This document shows positions 1 through 9,183 of a DNA stretch of 64,000 nt, piece by piece. This DNA comes from an uncultured Bifidobacteriaceae bacterium (GTDB lineage Bacteria; Acidobacteriota; Vicinamibacteria; Vicinamibacterales; UBA2999), in NCBI GenBank assembly GCA_964505975.1, contig CAZDLW010000001.1, positions 25,576 through 89,575 of the forward strand. The letters run 5' to 3'. The first letter of the stretch is position 1; the number at the start of each line of letters is the position of its first letter. The notes below the pieces were generated by a model that saw only the letters and a list, made by a program, of their open reading frames with translations, made no database searches and was not told the DNA's origin. The position numbers and the translations under genes are program-made.

Positions 1-1
1 T

Positions 2-346
2 GCGCGGCACGACCGGGTCATTGGCCCCGATCCAGCGCCAGGACGCGGGTACTTCTTTCGATCCGATCACTTCCCGCTGGCGAAGATCGGGATTCCCGCA
101 CTGTCCATCAGCGATTCCATCGAGTTCATCGGCCCCACGGCTGCCGACGCCGCGAAGCGCCAGGACGCGTACAACGACACGGACTACCACCAGCCGAGCG
201 ATCGCATGCAGCCATGGTGGGATTTTGCCGGTGCGGTGCGGGATATGCGGCTGCTGGCCGAACTTGGATGGGACATCGCGAACGATCCGCAGATGCCGGC
301 GTATCATGCGGGCGAGCAGTTTGCGAGGGCCAGGGCAGAGCAGTAA
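2..346 (+). CDS. M28-family peptidase, C-terminal part (5' end outside window)
   Basis: The frame is open from the window edge to TAA 344-346. Hand translation ...GYFFRSDHFPLAKIGIPALSISDS...DYHQPSDRM... shows SDHxxF and GIP motifs typical of M28 aminopeptidase C-termini. It is absent from the ORF track because it has no start codon in the window. Confidence 0.6.
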   Translation, partial: ARHDRVIGPDPAPGRGYFFRSDHFPLAKIGIPALSISDSIEFIGPTAADAAKRQDAYNDTDYHQPSDRMQPWWDFAGAVRDMRLLAELGWDIANDPQMPAYHAGEQFARARAEQ

Positions 347-356
347 GACGCCTCGT

Positions 357-622
357 GCTTCTCCGGTTGTCTCAGCAAGACCCAGATTGTGTCCGCGTGG
401 TCGTGCCGACGTGCTCCTGCGCCTCGCTCCCGACGACATCGCGCGGTAAAACGCATCCTCCACCTGCTGTCAGCGACCCGAGCTGGGTCCCGCAACCCAG
501 CTCGGGTCTCACGTTCCGTATGCGTTTTGCGCGACTCCCATCGCGCGAGTCGTCGCCGCAGGGCACGTCAGCACGACCGCGCCACCAGCTGATTCGCGTT
601 GAGCTGAGACAACCGGAGAAGC
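357..622 (+). repeat. Family-1 long imperfect-palindrome element, copy A
   Basis: 357-376 is the exact reverse complement of 603-622 (20 bp). Inner helices are 399-414/563-578 (15/16) and apex 475-488/495-508 (14/14). The core 426-558 recurs at 13099-13296, 26757-26948 and 32637-32825. Confidence 0.85.
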
Positions 623-789
623 AGACGTCTGGCGAGGAGACCCGATGGTCAGTTCTTGCAATGCTCCCCGTGTTCCCCCGACCAGGGAACAACTCTCGCC
701 GCCACGCGCTGATGGTCCGCAGGCGCTCCGGCTCAGTTTGTCCTGGGTAGTGCAACCGGCCAGTTTCGCGTCTCCCCAGAATGTGTGGG

Positions 790-818
790 TTGACGTCGCG
801 ACTCCACAGGTATAAATA
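790..818 (+). promoter_or_regulatory. sigma70-like promoter candidate for the TonB-receptor gene
   Basis: TTGACG (790-795) followed 15-17 nt later by TATAAAT (811-817). By-eye match only. Confidence 0.3.
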
Positions 819-1003
819 GGCGGCCCACAGGTGAACTCCAGTTCTCGTGCGTGCGCTACGTGTGTCCAGTCATCGCACGCAAGATTTCAAACGGGGCCAG
901 GCACGCTCCTGCTCAGCTCGAACGACGCTCGGTGGGCGTAATTCAAGATCTCCCAACCGACGCTCCAATTATGGTGACGGCTCATCGCCCGAAGGGGGAC
1001 AAC

Positions 1004-3985
1004 ATGCACAACCGGATCCTCGCGCTCGTGTGCGGCATGGTGCTCGCGGCTGTTCCTGCGTTCGCCCAGGTATCAGCGCAGGCCTCGATCACGGGAAACG
1101 TCCGCGACACGTCCGGTGCGGTGCTGCCAGGCGTGACAGTCGAGGCGAGCAGCCCGTCTCTCATCGAGCGGGTTCGGATCGTGACGACCGACAGCTCGGG
1201 ACAGTACCGCATCATCGACCTCCCGGGAGGCGTGTACGCCGTGACGTTCACCCTCCCCGGTTTCTCGACCATTCGGCGTGAAGGCGTCGAGCTCGCCGGT
1301 GCGTTTACCGCCACCGTGAACGTGGAGCTTCGTGTCGGGGCCCTGGAAGAGACAGTCACGGTGACCGGCGAGTCGCCGATCGTCGACGTCCAGAGCGCTC
1401 GACGGCAGCAGGTGCTGGACAGCTCCGTGGTCAATGCCATTCCGACCGGGCGCACGTACCACAGTCTTCTGACGGTGGTTCCCGGCATCGCCTCGACCTC
1501 GAACGATGTGGGGGGCATCTCGACCACATCGGTCGCGACGTTCACGATTCATGGCGGCCGCCCGAACGAAGGTCGGCTTCAACTGGATGGGATCGGCATC
1601 GGTGGGACGCTGAACGGCGGAGGCACGTCGATGTACAACGTCGACGTTGGGAGTGCCGCCGAGATCGTGTTCACGACCTCGGGCGGACTGGGCGAGGCGG
1701 AAGTCGGCGGACCCGTCATGAGCATCGTGCCCCGCACCGGCGGCAACACGCTCCGCGGCGCCATGTACGCCAATGGGTCGTCGGGTGCGCTGCAGGGCAG
1801 CAATCTCACCGAGGAGCTTCGCACGGCCGGACTGACCGTGCCGAGCTCGTTGCAGAAGCTATGGGACCTCAACGGCTCGTTCGGAGGGCCGATTGTGCGG
1901 GACCGGGCCTGGTACTACCTCACCTCGCGGTACCAGGGCAATCGGACCTACGTGACGAACATGTTCTACAACAGCAATGCCGGCGATCCATTGGCGTGGA
2001 CCTACGAACCCGACACGAAACGTGCAACCAACGATGGCACCTGGAAGAACGGCACCCTGCGGTTGACGCTCCAGCTCAACCGCAGGAACACACTCAACCT
2101 GATGTGGGACGAGCAGCGAATCTGGATCAATCACCTTGGTGGGGGGACGGCGACCATTTCACCCGAGGCTTCCGCAACCGGCGATGCCGCTCCGTTGAAA
2201 ACACGGCAGATTACCTGGCGTTCGCCAGCGTCGGGTCGTGTGCTGCTCGAGGGTGGCTATTCGATCAACGGCAGCCGCTGGGGCGGCCGCGAGCGCCGGC
2301 AGACCTACATGAACGGTCAGTTCATCGACGGCAACGCCACCCGCAGTCTGATCCGTGTGGTGGAGCAGGCCGGGCTCATCCCGAATCTCACGTACCGCTC
2401 GATGAACTGGAGCAGCAACGCGGCCTGGTCGAATCGATGGAGAGGCAGTGTGTCGTACGTGACCGGTGCGCACAGCCTCAAGGTGGGATACGAAGGGAAC
2501 TACCTCATCAACAACATCAAACCGTTCACGAATGACGAGCGGCTCACCTACCGTTTCAACAACGGTGTGCCGAATCAGTTGACGATGACGCTTCAGCCGT
2601 TCGAGACGCGAACGCGTACGGGTTCCCATTCCGCTTACATCCAAGACCAATCAACCTTCGGCCGCCTGACACTGCAGGGGGCCCTCCGGTTCGACTACGC
2701 CTACAGTCGATTCAAGGAGCAGCAGGTCGGACCGGATCGCTTCATTCCCGGGGGGATCGTGCTCCCGGCTCAGAACGGCGTGGAAGGCTTCAAAGATCTG
2801 AGTCCTCGTATCGGCGTTGCCTACGATCTGACTGGAGACGGCAGGACCTCGGTGAAGATGAACTGGGGTCGATATCTCGAGGCGGCCGCCAATCACGGCC
2901 GCTACACGGCCACCAATCCGCTCTCTCGAATCGTGACGACGACCACCAGGAGCTGGACCGACGCCAATGGCAATCGCGTGGCCGACTGCGACCTGCTGGC
3001 ACCAGGTACGCAGGACCTCCGCGCGTCTGGTGGTGATTTCTGCGGGGCCTGGGCGAATCTGAACTTCGGAAGCTCGGTGACGAGCACCCGGTACGATCCG
3101 GCCCTGCTCGAGGGCTGGGGCGTGCGGCCCAATGATGGGCAGATTGGCATCTCCGTCCAGCGTCAGATTCTCAGTCGGACATCGATCGAGGTCGGATACC
3201 ATCGCCGGTGGTTTGGCAACTTCGAAGTCACCGACAACCTGCTCGTTGGTCCGGCAGACTACGATGTGTATTTCCTGAATGTGCCCCTGGATCCTCGCCT
3301 GCCGGGCGGAGGAGGGTACGTCGTCCAGGACCTCACCAATATCAGGCCGGAGAGATTCGGCCAGAGCGACAACCTGGTGGTGAGCGCCAAGACGTTCGGC
3401 AACCAGATTCAGTACTGGCACGGGTTCGACGTGAATCTGAGCATGCGGATGGCGAATGGGCTCGTGTTCCAGGGAGGCACGAGCACGGGGCGTCAGGTGA
3501 CGGACAACTGCGAGGTCCAGCCGGATGATCCGAGCCGCCGGAACTGCCGGGTCACGCAGCCCGTACGCGTGCAGGCCAATGGCCTGGCGTCGTACACGAT
3601 TCCCAGAGTGGACGTGCAGGTCAGCGGTACCTTCCAGAGCCGTCCCGGCGGGTCGCTGGCGGCCAACTGGGTGGTCCCAACGGCAACGGTCGCGCAGACG
3701 CTTGGCCGCCCGCTCAGCGGAAACGCGGCCAACGTCACGATCAACGTGCTCGACCCGTGGCAGATGGTGCACGACCGGGTCAACCAGGTTGATTTCAAGG
3801 TGGCGAAGATCGTGCGAGTGGGCCGGACGAGGGCCACGCTTGGTGTCGACATCTTCAACGCCTTGAATTCGTCTGCCGTCCTCTCACGGCAGCAGGCCTA
3901 CAGCCCGACGAGCGCCGCATGGCTCACCCCGACGAGCGTCATCGACGCCCGCTTTGCCAAGTTCAGCGCGCAGTTCGACTTCTGA
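1004..3985 (+). CDS. TonB-dependent outer-membrane receptor with N-terminal carboxypeptidase-regulatory-like domain
   Basis: ORF 851..3985. ATG 1004 is preceded by GAAGGGGGA and gives signal peptide MHNRILALVCGMVLAAVPAFAQ. It has an ITGNVRDTSGAVLPGVTVEA CarboxypepD_reg-like start. The C-terminus ...FSAQFDF ends in an aromatic residue, as in beta-barrel OMPs. Confidence 0.85.
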   Translation: MHNRILALVCGMVLAAVPAFAQVSAQASITGNVRDTSGAVLPGVTVEASSPSLIERVRIVTTDSSGQYRIIDLPGGVYAVTFTLPGFSTIRREGVELAGAFTATVNVELRVGALEETVTVTGESPIVDVQSARRQQVLDSSVVNAIPTGRTYHSLLTVVPGIASTSNDVGGISTTSVATFTIHGGRPNEGRLQLDGIGIGGTLNGGGTSMYNVDVGSAAEIVFTTSGGLGEAEVGGPVMSIVPRTGGNTLRGAMYANGSSGALQGSNLTEELRTAGLTVPSSLQKLWDLNGSFGGPIVRDRAWYYLTSRYQGNRTYVTNMFYNSNAGDPLAWTYEPDTKRATNDGTWKNGTLRLTLQLNRRNTLNLMWDEQRIWINHLGGGTATISPEASATGDAAPLKTRQITWRSPASGRVLLEGGYSINGSRWGGRERRQTYMNGQFIDGNATRSLIRVVEQAGLIPNLTYRSMNWSSNAAWSNRWRGSVSYVTGAHSLKVGYEGNYLINNIKPFTNDERLTYRFNNGVPNQLTMTLQPFETRTRTGSHSAYIQDQSTFGRLTLQGALRFDYAYSRFKEQQVGPDRFIPGGIVLPAQNGVEGFKDLSPRIGVAYDLTGDGRTSVKMNWGRYLEAAANHGRYTATNPLSRIVTTTTRSWTDANGNRVADCDLLAPGTQDLRASGGDFCGAWANLNFGSSVTSTRYDPALLEGWGVRPNDGQIGISVQRQILSRTSIEVGYHRRWFGNFEVTDNLLVGPADYDVYFLNVPLDPRLPGGGGYVVQDLTNIRPERFGQSDNLVVSAKTFGNQIQYWHGFDVNLSMRMANGLVFQGGTSTGRQVTDNCEVQPDDPSRRNCRVTQPVRVQANGLASYTIPRVDVQVSGTFQSRPGGSLAANWVVPTATVAQTLGRPLSGNAANVTINVLDPWQMVHDRVNQVDFKVAKIVRVGRTRATLGVDIFNALNSSAVLSRQQAYSPTSAAWLTPTSVIDARFAKFSAQFDF

Positions 3986-4130
3986 GTCTTCGGGCGGGCT
4001 CCCTGAGTGGTTCATCACGAAGGGAGCCCAGCCAGCCAAGATCGGTCGCCCGATATCCGGTTGGCGACAGCCCTTGGCTTGCATTCCGCATTCAGGTGGC
4101 TGGCTTTGTCAGCCACCTGCTGGGGTGAGG

Positions 4131-7049
4131 ATGAAGACCATGCGGCGGATCCTGCTCTTCGTGCTCGTGGCGGCCATGCTGGACGCGCCGGCGCACGCCG
4201 ACGACATCGGGTCCGGGTCCCTGGTATTGACGGCGTGGACCGAGCACACGGGTCTGCCGCCAGGCGAGATTCTGGCCATGACGCAGGACGTGCAGGGATT
4301 CCTGTGGCTTGGCACGAGCGCCGGGCTGGTTCGCTTCGATGGCGCCAGGTTTGTCGCGTGGGGTTCGCGAGGTGAACCTCCGCTCCGGGCTCGGACGGTT
4401 CCTGCGCTGGTGGCGGCGCGGGACGGAAGTCTCTGGGTTGGCTTCGGAGCAGGAGGAATCAGCCAGATTCGCGGGACCGACGTGATCGACCATACGGGTC
4501 ACACCGGTGTCCCTCAAGGTGCCGTCGCCGCGTTGCTGCAGGATCGTCAGGGTGCCATCTGGGTCGGTGCGCGGCAGGGCTTTTCGAGATTCCGCGACGG
4601 TGGCTGGGAGGCATTCGATCACGCGGGCGAGGTATTCAGTCTCTTCGAGGATCGCGCCGGGCGCATCTGGATTGGGACCTCGGTCGGCGTGCTCGTGTAC
4701 GCAGACGATGCCCTGGAGCTCCGGGATCCAAATGCCCTCTACGTCCAGAACTTCGCCGAAGATGCCTCGGGCGTGATCTGGGTGACCGACGTCAAGGACA
4801 TCGTCAAGACGCTGGACGGCGGCTGGACGCCTGCTCACGCGCCCGACGTGCGTGCTCCGCAGAGCGGCTGGCGGCTCGTGCCCGATCGGCACGGAGCCAT
4901 CTGGGTGGCTGCTCTGGGTGGAGGGCTCCTTCGTCTGACCGGACACGATGGCGCGGTGATCGGGCGTGTGGCCTACGAAGACATGATCAACGGTGCCCCG
5001 AGGTCGCTCTTCTACGATCGCGACGACAACGTGTGGGTGGGCTTGAGGCCCGCCGGACTCCTCCGCCTGTCGCAGAGCTTCGTGAAGAGCGACGTCGCGC
5101 TCGAAGGGGTCACCAACGACGGCGTGCGTGCGATTGCGTCGAGCCCGGATGGCAGCGTGTGGGTCGGTACGGGTCACAGTCTGCACCGTTTCAAGGATCG
5201 AACGCGCGAGGTGTACGACATTGCCCAGACGCGTGCGCTCTACACCGACGCCCAGGGGGTCGCATGGGCGTTCACGTCTCATGGCGTTCGTTTCATCGAC
5301 GAGCGACGTCCTCCGGATGCCGGGCTCCCTTCGACAATCCGCTGGGATCGCATGATGTCGGTCGTGAGCGATCCCTCGGGGGCGCTCTGGCTCTGCAACG
5401 CCGATCAGGGCGTGATGATCTGGCGTCAGGGAGTCCTGTCACGTCTTCGCGACATTCCGGCGGCCTGGGCGGGCAGCTGCAGTTATGCCCATGTGGACCG
5501 CCGGGGGCGCGTCTGGCTGGGCCTCGGCGGCGCGCTCGTTGTCTACGACGGGGAGTCCTTCGAGACGTACCGCACCGAGCACGGGCTCGCGTCCGGATTG
5601 GTACTGGCGATGCTCGAAGACCGAACGGGGGCATTCTGGATCACGACGCGAAACGGTGTGAGTCGATACCGGAACGGTCGATTCACAACGCTCACCGAGG
5701 TCAACGGTCCCTTTGACGACCTCGCGGCGGCCCTCGTCGAAGATCAACAGGGCTTCATCTGGGTGAGTGTGGATGCCGGGTCCGCGATCGTTCGTCTTGA
5801 CCCTGCGGAGCTGGACAAGGTGGCAGCCGATCCCGCACGCCAGATCGAGTACCGGCTCTTCGATATGTCCGACGGGATACGGGGAGAACTTCGTTCGCTC
5901 ATCAGGGCTGCGGGCGTCAGGGATGCCCAGGGACAGTTGTGGTTTGCAACGGGATTTGGTGTCGTCATCCTGGATCCGTCGAAAATCCCGCCCAATCAGC
6001 GATCTGCGCCGCCGCAGATCGAGTCCGTCTCGCTGGACGGGAGGATGATCGGCCTGCCCGAAGCGGGCGTGACATTGCCCGGACGTGCCTCCACGCTCAC
6101 GATCGAATACACAGCCGTGAGCGTGAGCGCGGCCTCGAAGCTGCGTTTCCGGTACCGGCTGGAAGGCGTCGAGCCGACCTGGGTGCTGGCCGGGCCCCGT
6201 CGGACGGTGTCCTACGCCGATCTGGCACCGGGACGTTATCAGTTCAGGGTGAGCGCCACGAACGACGGGGTATGGTCGGAAGCCGCCACGTGGGCGTTCG
6301 TCGTCTCGCCACCGTTCTACCGGTCCAGCTGGTTCCTTGTGTTGTCCATGGGCGCACTCGGGTTGATGGTCGGAGCGGCATGGTGGCTGCGGCTGAGTGC
6401 TGTTCGAAGGCAGTATCACCTCGTCTTCGAAGAGCGGGCGCGTATGAGTCGCGAAATCCACGACACCTTGCTGCAGAGCCTTGCTGCCATCGGAGTGGAG
6501 CTGGAGAACATTGCCACCCAGTTGAATCCGGCAGAGGCGCGGGGTCGCGAATCGCTGCGGCGGCTACGGCGCCAGGTCGTACACTCTTTGCGGGAGGCGC
6601 GCGAGTCGATCCTCGGGCTGCGACAGAACTCGATGGAGAGCCGGAGCCTGGTGAGCGCGTTGCAGGCACTCGCCGACAACACGACGGCCGCGCAGCCTGC
6701 CCATGTCGATCTGACGGTCGATGGGCGGCCGCGTCGCTGCAATCCGGACGTGGAGCTGCAGTTGCTCCGGATCAGCCAGGAGGCCGTGACCAACGCCATC
6801 CGACACGGCGCGGCCACTCACATCAGTCTCGTCATCGACTTCCGTCCCGAGGCCGTGGCCCTCAGTGTCTCCGACAACGGACGCGGTTTCGTGGTTGGAG
6901 AGCACCTCACGGATACGGAGACGGGGACGCATCTCGGGCTGCTCGGTATGAGGGAACGGGCCGAGCGTGTCCGGGGCACGTTCGCGATCACCAGTACGGT
7001 CGGGAAGGGTGCCCTCGTAGAAGTGAGCGTGCCGACGCCGCCCGAGTAA
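4131..7049 (+). CDS. Sensor histidine kinase with periplasmic beta-propeller/Y_Y_Y-type repeats, HisKA_3 + HATPase
   Basis: ATG 4131 is in frame within ORF 3954..7049 and gives signal peptide MKTMRRILLFVLVAAML. It has repeated GxLWxGT propeller-like motifs, one TM segment, H-box SREIHDTLLQSL and ATPase motifs VSDNGRGF / GLLGMRERA. Confidence 0.85.
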   Translation: MKTMRRILLFVLVAAMLDAPAHADDIGSGSLVLTAWTEHTGLPPGEILAMTQDVQGFLWLGTSAGLVRFDGARFVAWGSRGEPPLRARTVPALVAARDGSLWVGFGAGGISQIRGTDVIDHTGHTGVPQGAVAALLQDRQGAIWVGARQGFSRFRDGGWEAFDHAGEVFSLFEDRAGRIWIGTSVGVLVYADDALELRDPNALYVQNFAEDASGVIWVTDVKDIVKTLDGGWTPAHAPDVRAPQSGWRLVPDRHGAIWVAALGGGLLRLTGHDGAVIGRVAYEDMINGAPRSLFYDRDDNVWVGLRPAGLLRLSQSFVKSDVALEGVTNDGVRAIASSPDGSVWVGTGHSLHRFKDRTREVYDIAQTRALYTDAQGVAWAFTSHGVRFIDERRPPDAGLPSTIRWDRMMSVVSDPSGALWLCNADQGVMIWRQGVLSRLRDIPAAWAGSCSYAHVDRRGRVWLGLGGALVVYDGESFETYRTEHGLASGLVLAMLEDRTGAFWITTRNGVSRYRNGRFTTLTEVNGPFDDLAAALVEDQQGFIWVSVDAGSAIVRLDPAELDKVAADPARQIEYRLFDMSDGIRGELRSLIRAAGVRDAQGQLWFATGFGVVILDPSKIPPNQRSAPPQIESVSLDGRMIGLPEAGVTLPGRASTLTIEYTAVSVSAASKLRFRYRLEGVEPTWVLAGPRRTVSYADLAPGRYQFRVSATNDGVWSEAATWAFVVSPPFYRSSWFLVLSMGALGLMVGAAWWLRLSAVRRQYHLVFEERARMSREIHDTLLQSLAAIGVELENIATQLNPAEARGRESLRRLRRQVVHSLREARESILGLRQNSMESRSLVSALQALADNTTAAQPAHVDLTVDGRPRRCNPDVELQLLRISQEAVTNAIRHGAATHISLVIDFRPEAVALSVSDNGRGFVVGEHLTDTETGTHLGLLGMRERAERVRGTFAITSTVGKGALVEVSVPTPPE

Positions 7050-7056
7050 GTCTCGT

Positions 7057-7686
7057 ATGTCAGATGCCCTGATTCGAATTCTCTGCGTCGACGACCATCG
7101 CCTGATGCGCGAGGGGATTGTGCGCAGCGTCGGGCTGCAGCCAGACATGGCCGTGATTGCGCAGGCCAGCAACGGCGAGGAAGCCGTGGAACAGTTCCGG
7201 CGGCACTCACCCGACGTGACGCTCATGGACCTGCAGCTGCCGCGGCTCAGTGGACTGGAGGCCATCCGCATGATCCGCGCGGAACAGCCCCAGGCGCGCA
7301 TCGTCGTCTTGACGATGTATCACGGAGATGAGGACATCTATCGGGCAATCCAGAGCGGCGCGTCCGGCTACCTCCTCAAGGACACCGTGCCCGATGACCT
7401 CGCCGACGTGATCCGCGAGGTCCACCAGGGGCGACGAGTGCTCCCGCCGGCAGTCGCTGCGGCGTTCGAGTCGAGGGCGAGCCAGCCCGGGCTGACACTG
7501 CGGGAGATTCAGGTTCTCGAGCTTCTGGCCTGCGGAAAACGTAATAAGGAGATTGCTGCCGAGCTTGGCATCAGCATCGACACGACGAGCTCGCACATTC
7601 GGAGCATCTTTTCGAAGTTCAAAGTCCACGATCGAACTGCTGCGCTGGCAGAAGGGCTCCGGCGTGGGATTCTTCACATCCCGTGA
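7057..7686 (+). CDS. NarL/LuxR-family response regulator
   Basis: Receiver motifs are ILCVDDH and TLMDLQLP. The C-terminal LuxR HTH is LTLREIQVLELLACGKRNKEIAAELGIS. It starts 8 nt after the kinase stop. Confidence 0.9.
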   Translation: MSDALIRILCVDDHRLMREGIVRSVGLQPDMAVIAQASNGEEAVEQFRRHSPDVTLMDLQLPRLSGLEAIRMIRAEQPQARIVVLTMYHGDEDIYRAIQSGASGYLLKDTVPDDLADVIREVHQGRRVLPPAVAAAFESRASQPGLTLREIQVLELLACGKRNKEIAAELGISIDTTSSHIRSIFSKFKVHDRTAALAEGLRRGILHIP

Positions 7687-7701
7687 AAAGGTACATCGTG
7701 C

Positions 7702-7726
7702 CGTCCGGCCCGTTGGACGATTTTTT
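7702..7726 (+). terminator. Weak intrinsic terminator after the response regulator
   Basis: CGTCC-ggcccgtt-GGACG hairpin followed by A-TTTTTT (7721-7726), 16 nt after the stop codon. Confidence 0.4.
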
Positions 7727-8078
7727 GACGTAACCTTCGCTCGTGGGTGCCGATTCCGGGCTGACGGGACCGGGCTGCAGTACGTCACACATTTCTGTGA
7801 GTTGACCCGCTGTCGGGTTTGCCGCTACAAACGATTGTCTGTGAGCGACTTCACGGGAAGAGCGTGCGACATTCCCGAGCGCTTCGTCAGGAGAAACGCA
7901 GTGACGCTCGAATCGCCGAGACCCAGAAGGTCGGAGTGGGTCCGCTTCACCGGTGCCAGTATCGATCTTGCCTCGTGTGCGGGGCTGGACATCTCCTAAC
8001 GCCGTCGCAAATACTTGCATCATTCGTGACGATCTCGGCGTTGCGAGATGTCTAGTGGCCGTGGGGAGGAGAGAGAGT

Positions 8079-9146
8079 ATGCAACGGATGTGTCCGCAGC
8101 GTGCGTGGATGGCAGTGCTGGTTGCACTCCTGGCGGTAGCGGGTGTGGTTGCCCTGCCGTCTGCCCAGCAGACAGGACGCGGTAGCTTCTCCGACAACTT
8201 CACCGGGCAGATCGCGGTTGCCGACGGGTCGGACCTTCGAACGTCCCGCATCCGATTCGAGGCGGGAGCCCGAACGAACTGGCACGTCCACTCGGTCGGC
8301 CAGGTCATCCTCGTGGAGGAGGGGCGCGGGCTCGCCCAGGAACAAGGCGGAGAGATTCGCGAGATGCTGCCGGGGCAGCCGGTCTACCTGCGACCGAACG
8401 TGCCGCACTGGCACGGGGCCGCGCCGGACGAGGCGATGGTGCAGCTGACGATGTATTCGGGCCGACTCGATTGGATGCATCCTGTCACGGACGAGGAGTA
8501 TCGAGGGCGGGCGCAGGCCGCCGACCCGTCCGCGCTCGAGCAGCTGCAGCGCGCCGTGGCAAATCTGGAGGGTGGTCGAATTCAGCGGCCATCCTACGAG
8601 GCTCTGACCGCGGACCAGAAGGCGTACGTGGGCAGCATTCTCAGCGGGCCACGCAGCAACATTCCGCCGCCGCTCGCGGTGATGCTGGTGAGCCCGGGTC
8701 TGGGCGACCTTGTGCAGAAGGCCATTGCGTACGCACGTTTTGCCGGCACCGAAGGCTTCTCGAGTGTCCCGCCCAAGCTGAACGAGCTCGCGATTCTGAT
8801 GGCGGCTCGGATGTGGTCCGGCGAGTACGTCTGGCACGCTCATCACGGCTATGCCGTGCGGGTGGGCCTGAGCCCCGACGTCGTCGAGGCCGTGCAGGTT
8901 GGCAGACGACCGGCCAACATGGAGTCCGACGTGGAAGCGGTGTACAACCTCTTCGACGAGATGATCAGCCGCCGGAGCGTCAGCGATGCCACCCTCGACG
9001 CGGCACGTCGAGTCCTGGGCGGAGACAGGGGCGTCATCGATATCATCGGCTCGTTCGCGCTCTATTCGATCTCGTCCATGATGGTGATGGTGGACCAGAT
9101 GCCCCTTCCCGATGGAGTGGCACCCTACGTCCCACCGGCCCGGTAG
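8079..9146 (+). CDS. Secreted cupin-domain + carboxymuconolactone-decarboxylase(AhpD)-like fusion protein
   Basis: ATG 8079 is preceded by GGGGAGGAGAGAGAG and gives signal peptide MQRMCPQRAWMAVLVALLAVAG. The cupin-like segment is RTNWHVHSVGQVILVEEG...PNVPHWHGA. The C-terminal half resembles CMD/AhpD-like proteins (from memory). Confidence 0.65.
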   Translation: MQRMCPQRAWMAVLVALLAVAGVVALPSAQQTGRGSFSDNFTGQIAVADGSDLRTSRIRFEAGARTNWHVHSVGQVILVEEGRGLAQEQGGEIREMLPGQPVYLRPNVPHWHGAAPDEAMVQLTMYSGRLDWMHPVTDEEYRGRAQAADPSALEQLQRAVANLEGGRIQRPSYEALTADQKAYVGSILSGPRSNIPPPLAVMLVSPGLGDLVQKAIAYARFAGTEGFSSVPPKLNELAILMAARMWSGEYVWHAHHGYAVRVGLSPDVVEAVQVGRRPANMESDVEAVYNLFDEMISRRSVSDATLDAARRVLGGDRGVIDIIGSFALYSISSMMVMVDQMPLPDGVAPYVPPAR

Positions 9147-9183
9147 GCAGGAGATTGCAGGCGACAGAAACGCGGAGTTCGGG

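Noticed and set aside
357-622. Family-1 hairpin considered as a 6S RNA, a retron msr/msd, an IS200/IS605-associated RNA or a simple intrinsic terminator
   Set aside because: Four copies in 33 kb argue against a single-copy 6S RNA gene. No reverse transcriptase, TnpA/TnpB or IscB gene is adjacent. The structure is far larger than a terminator, lacks a U-tract and occurs in both orientations.
825-1003. Possible cobalamin or other riboswitch in the ~180-nt leader of the TonB-dependent receptor
   Set aside because: Only an 8-bp stem (TGCGTGCG/CGCACGCA) is visible. I could not find a B12-box-like motif or other riboswitch core.
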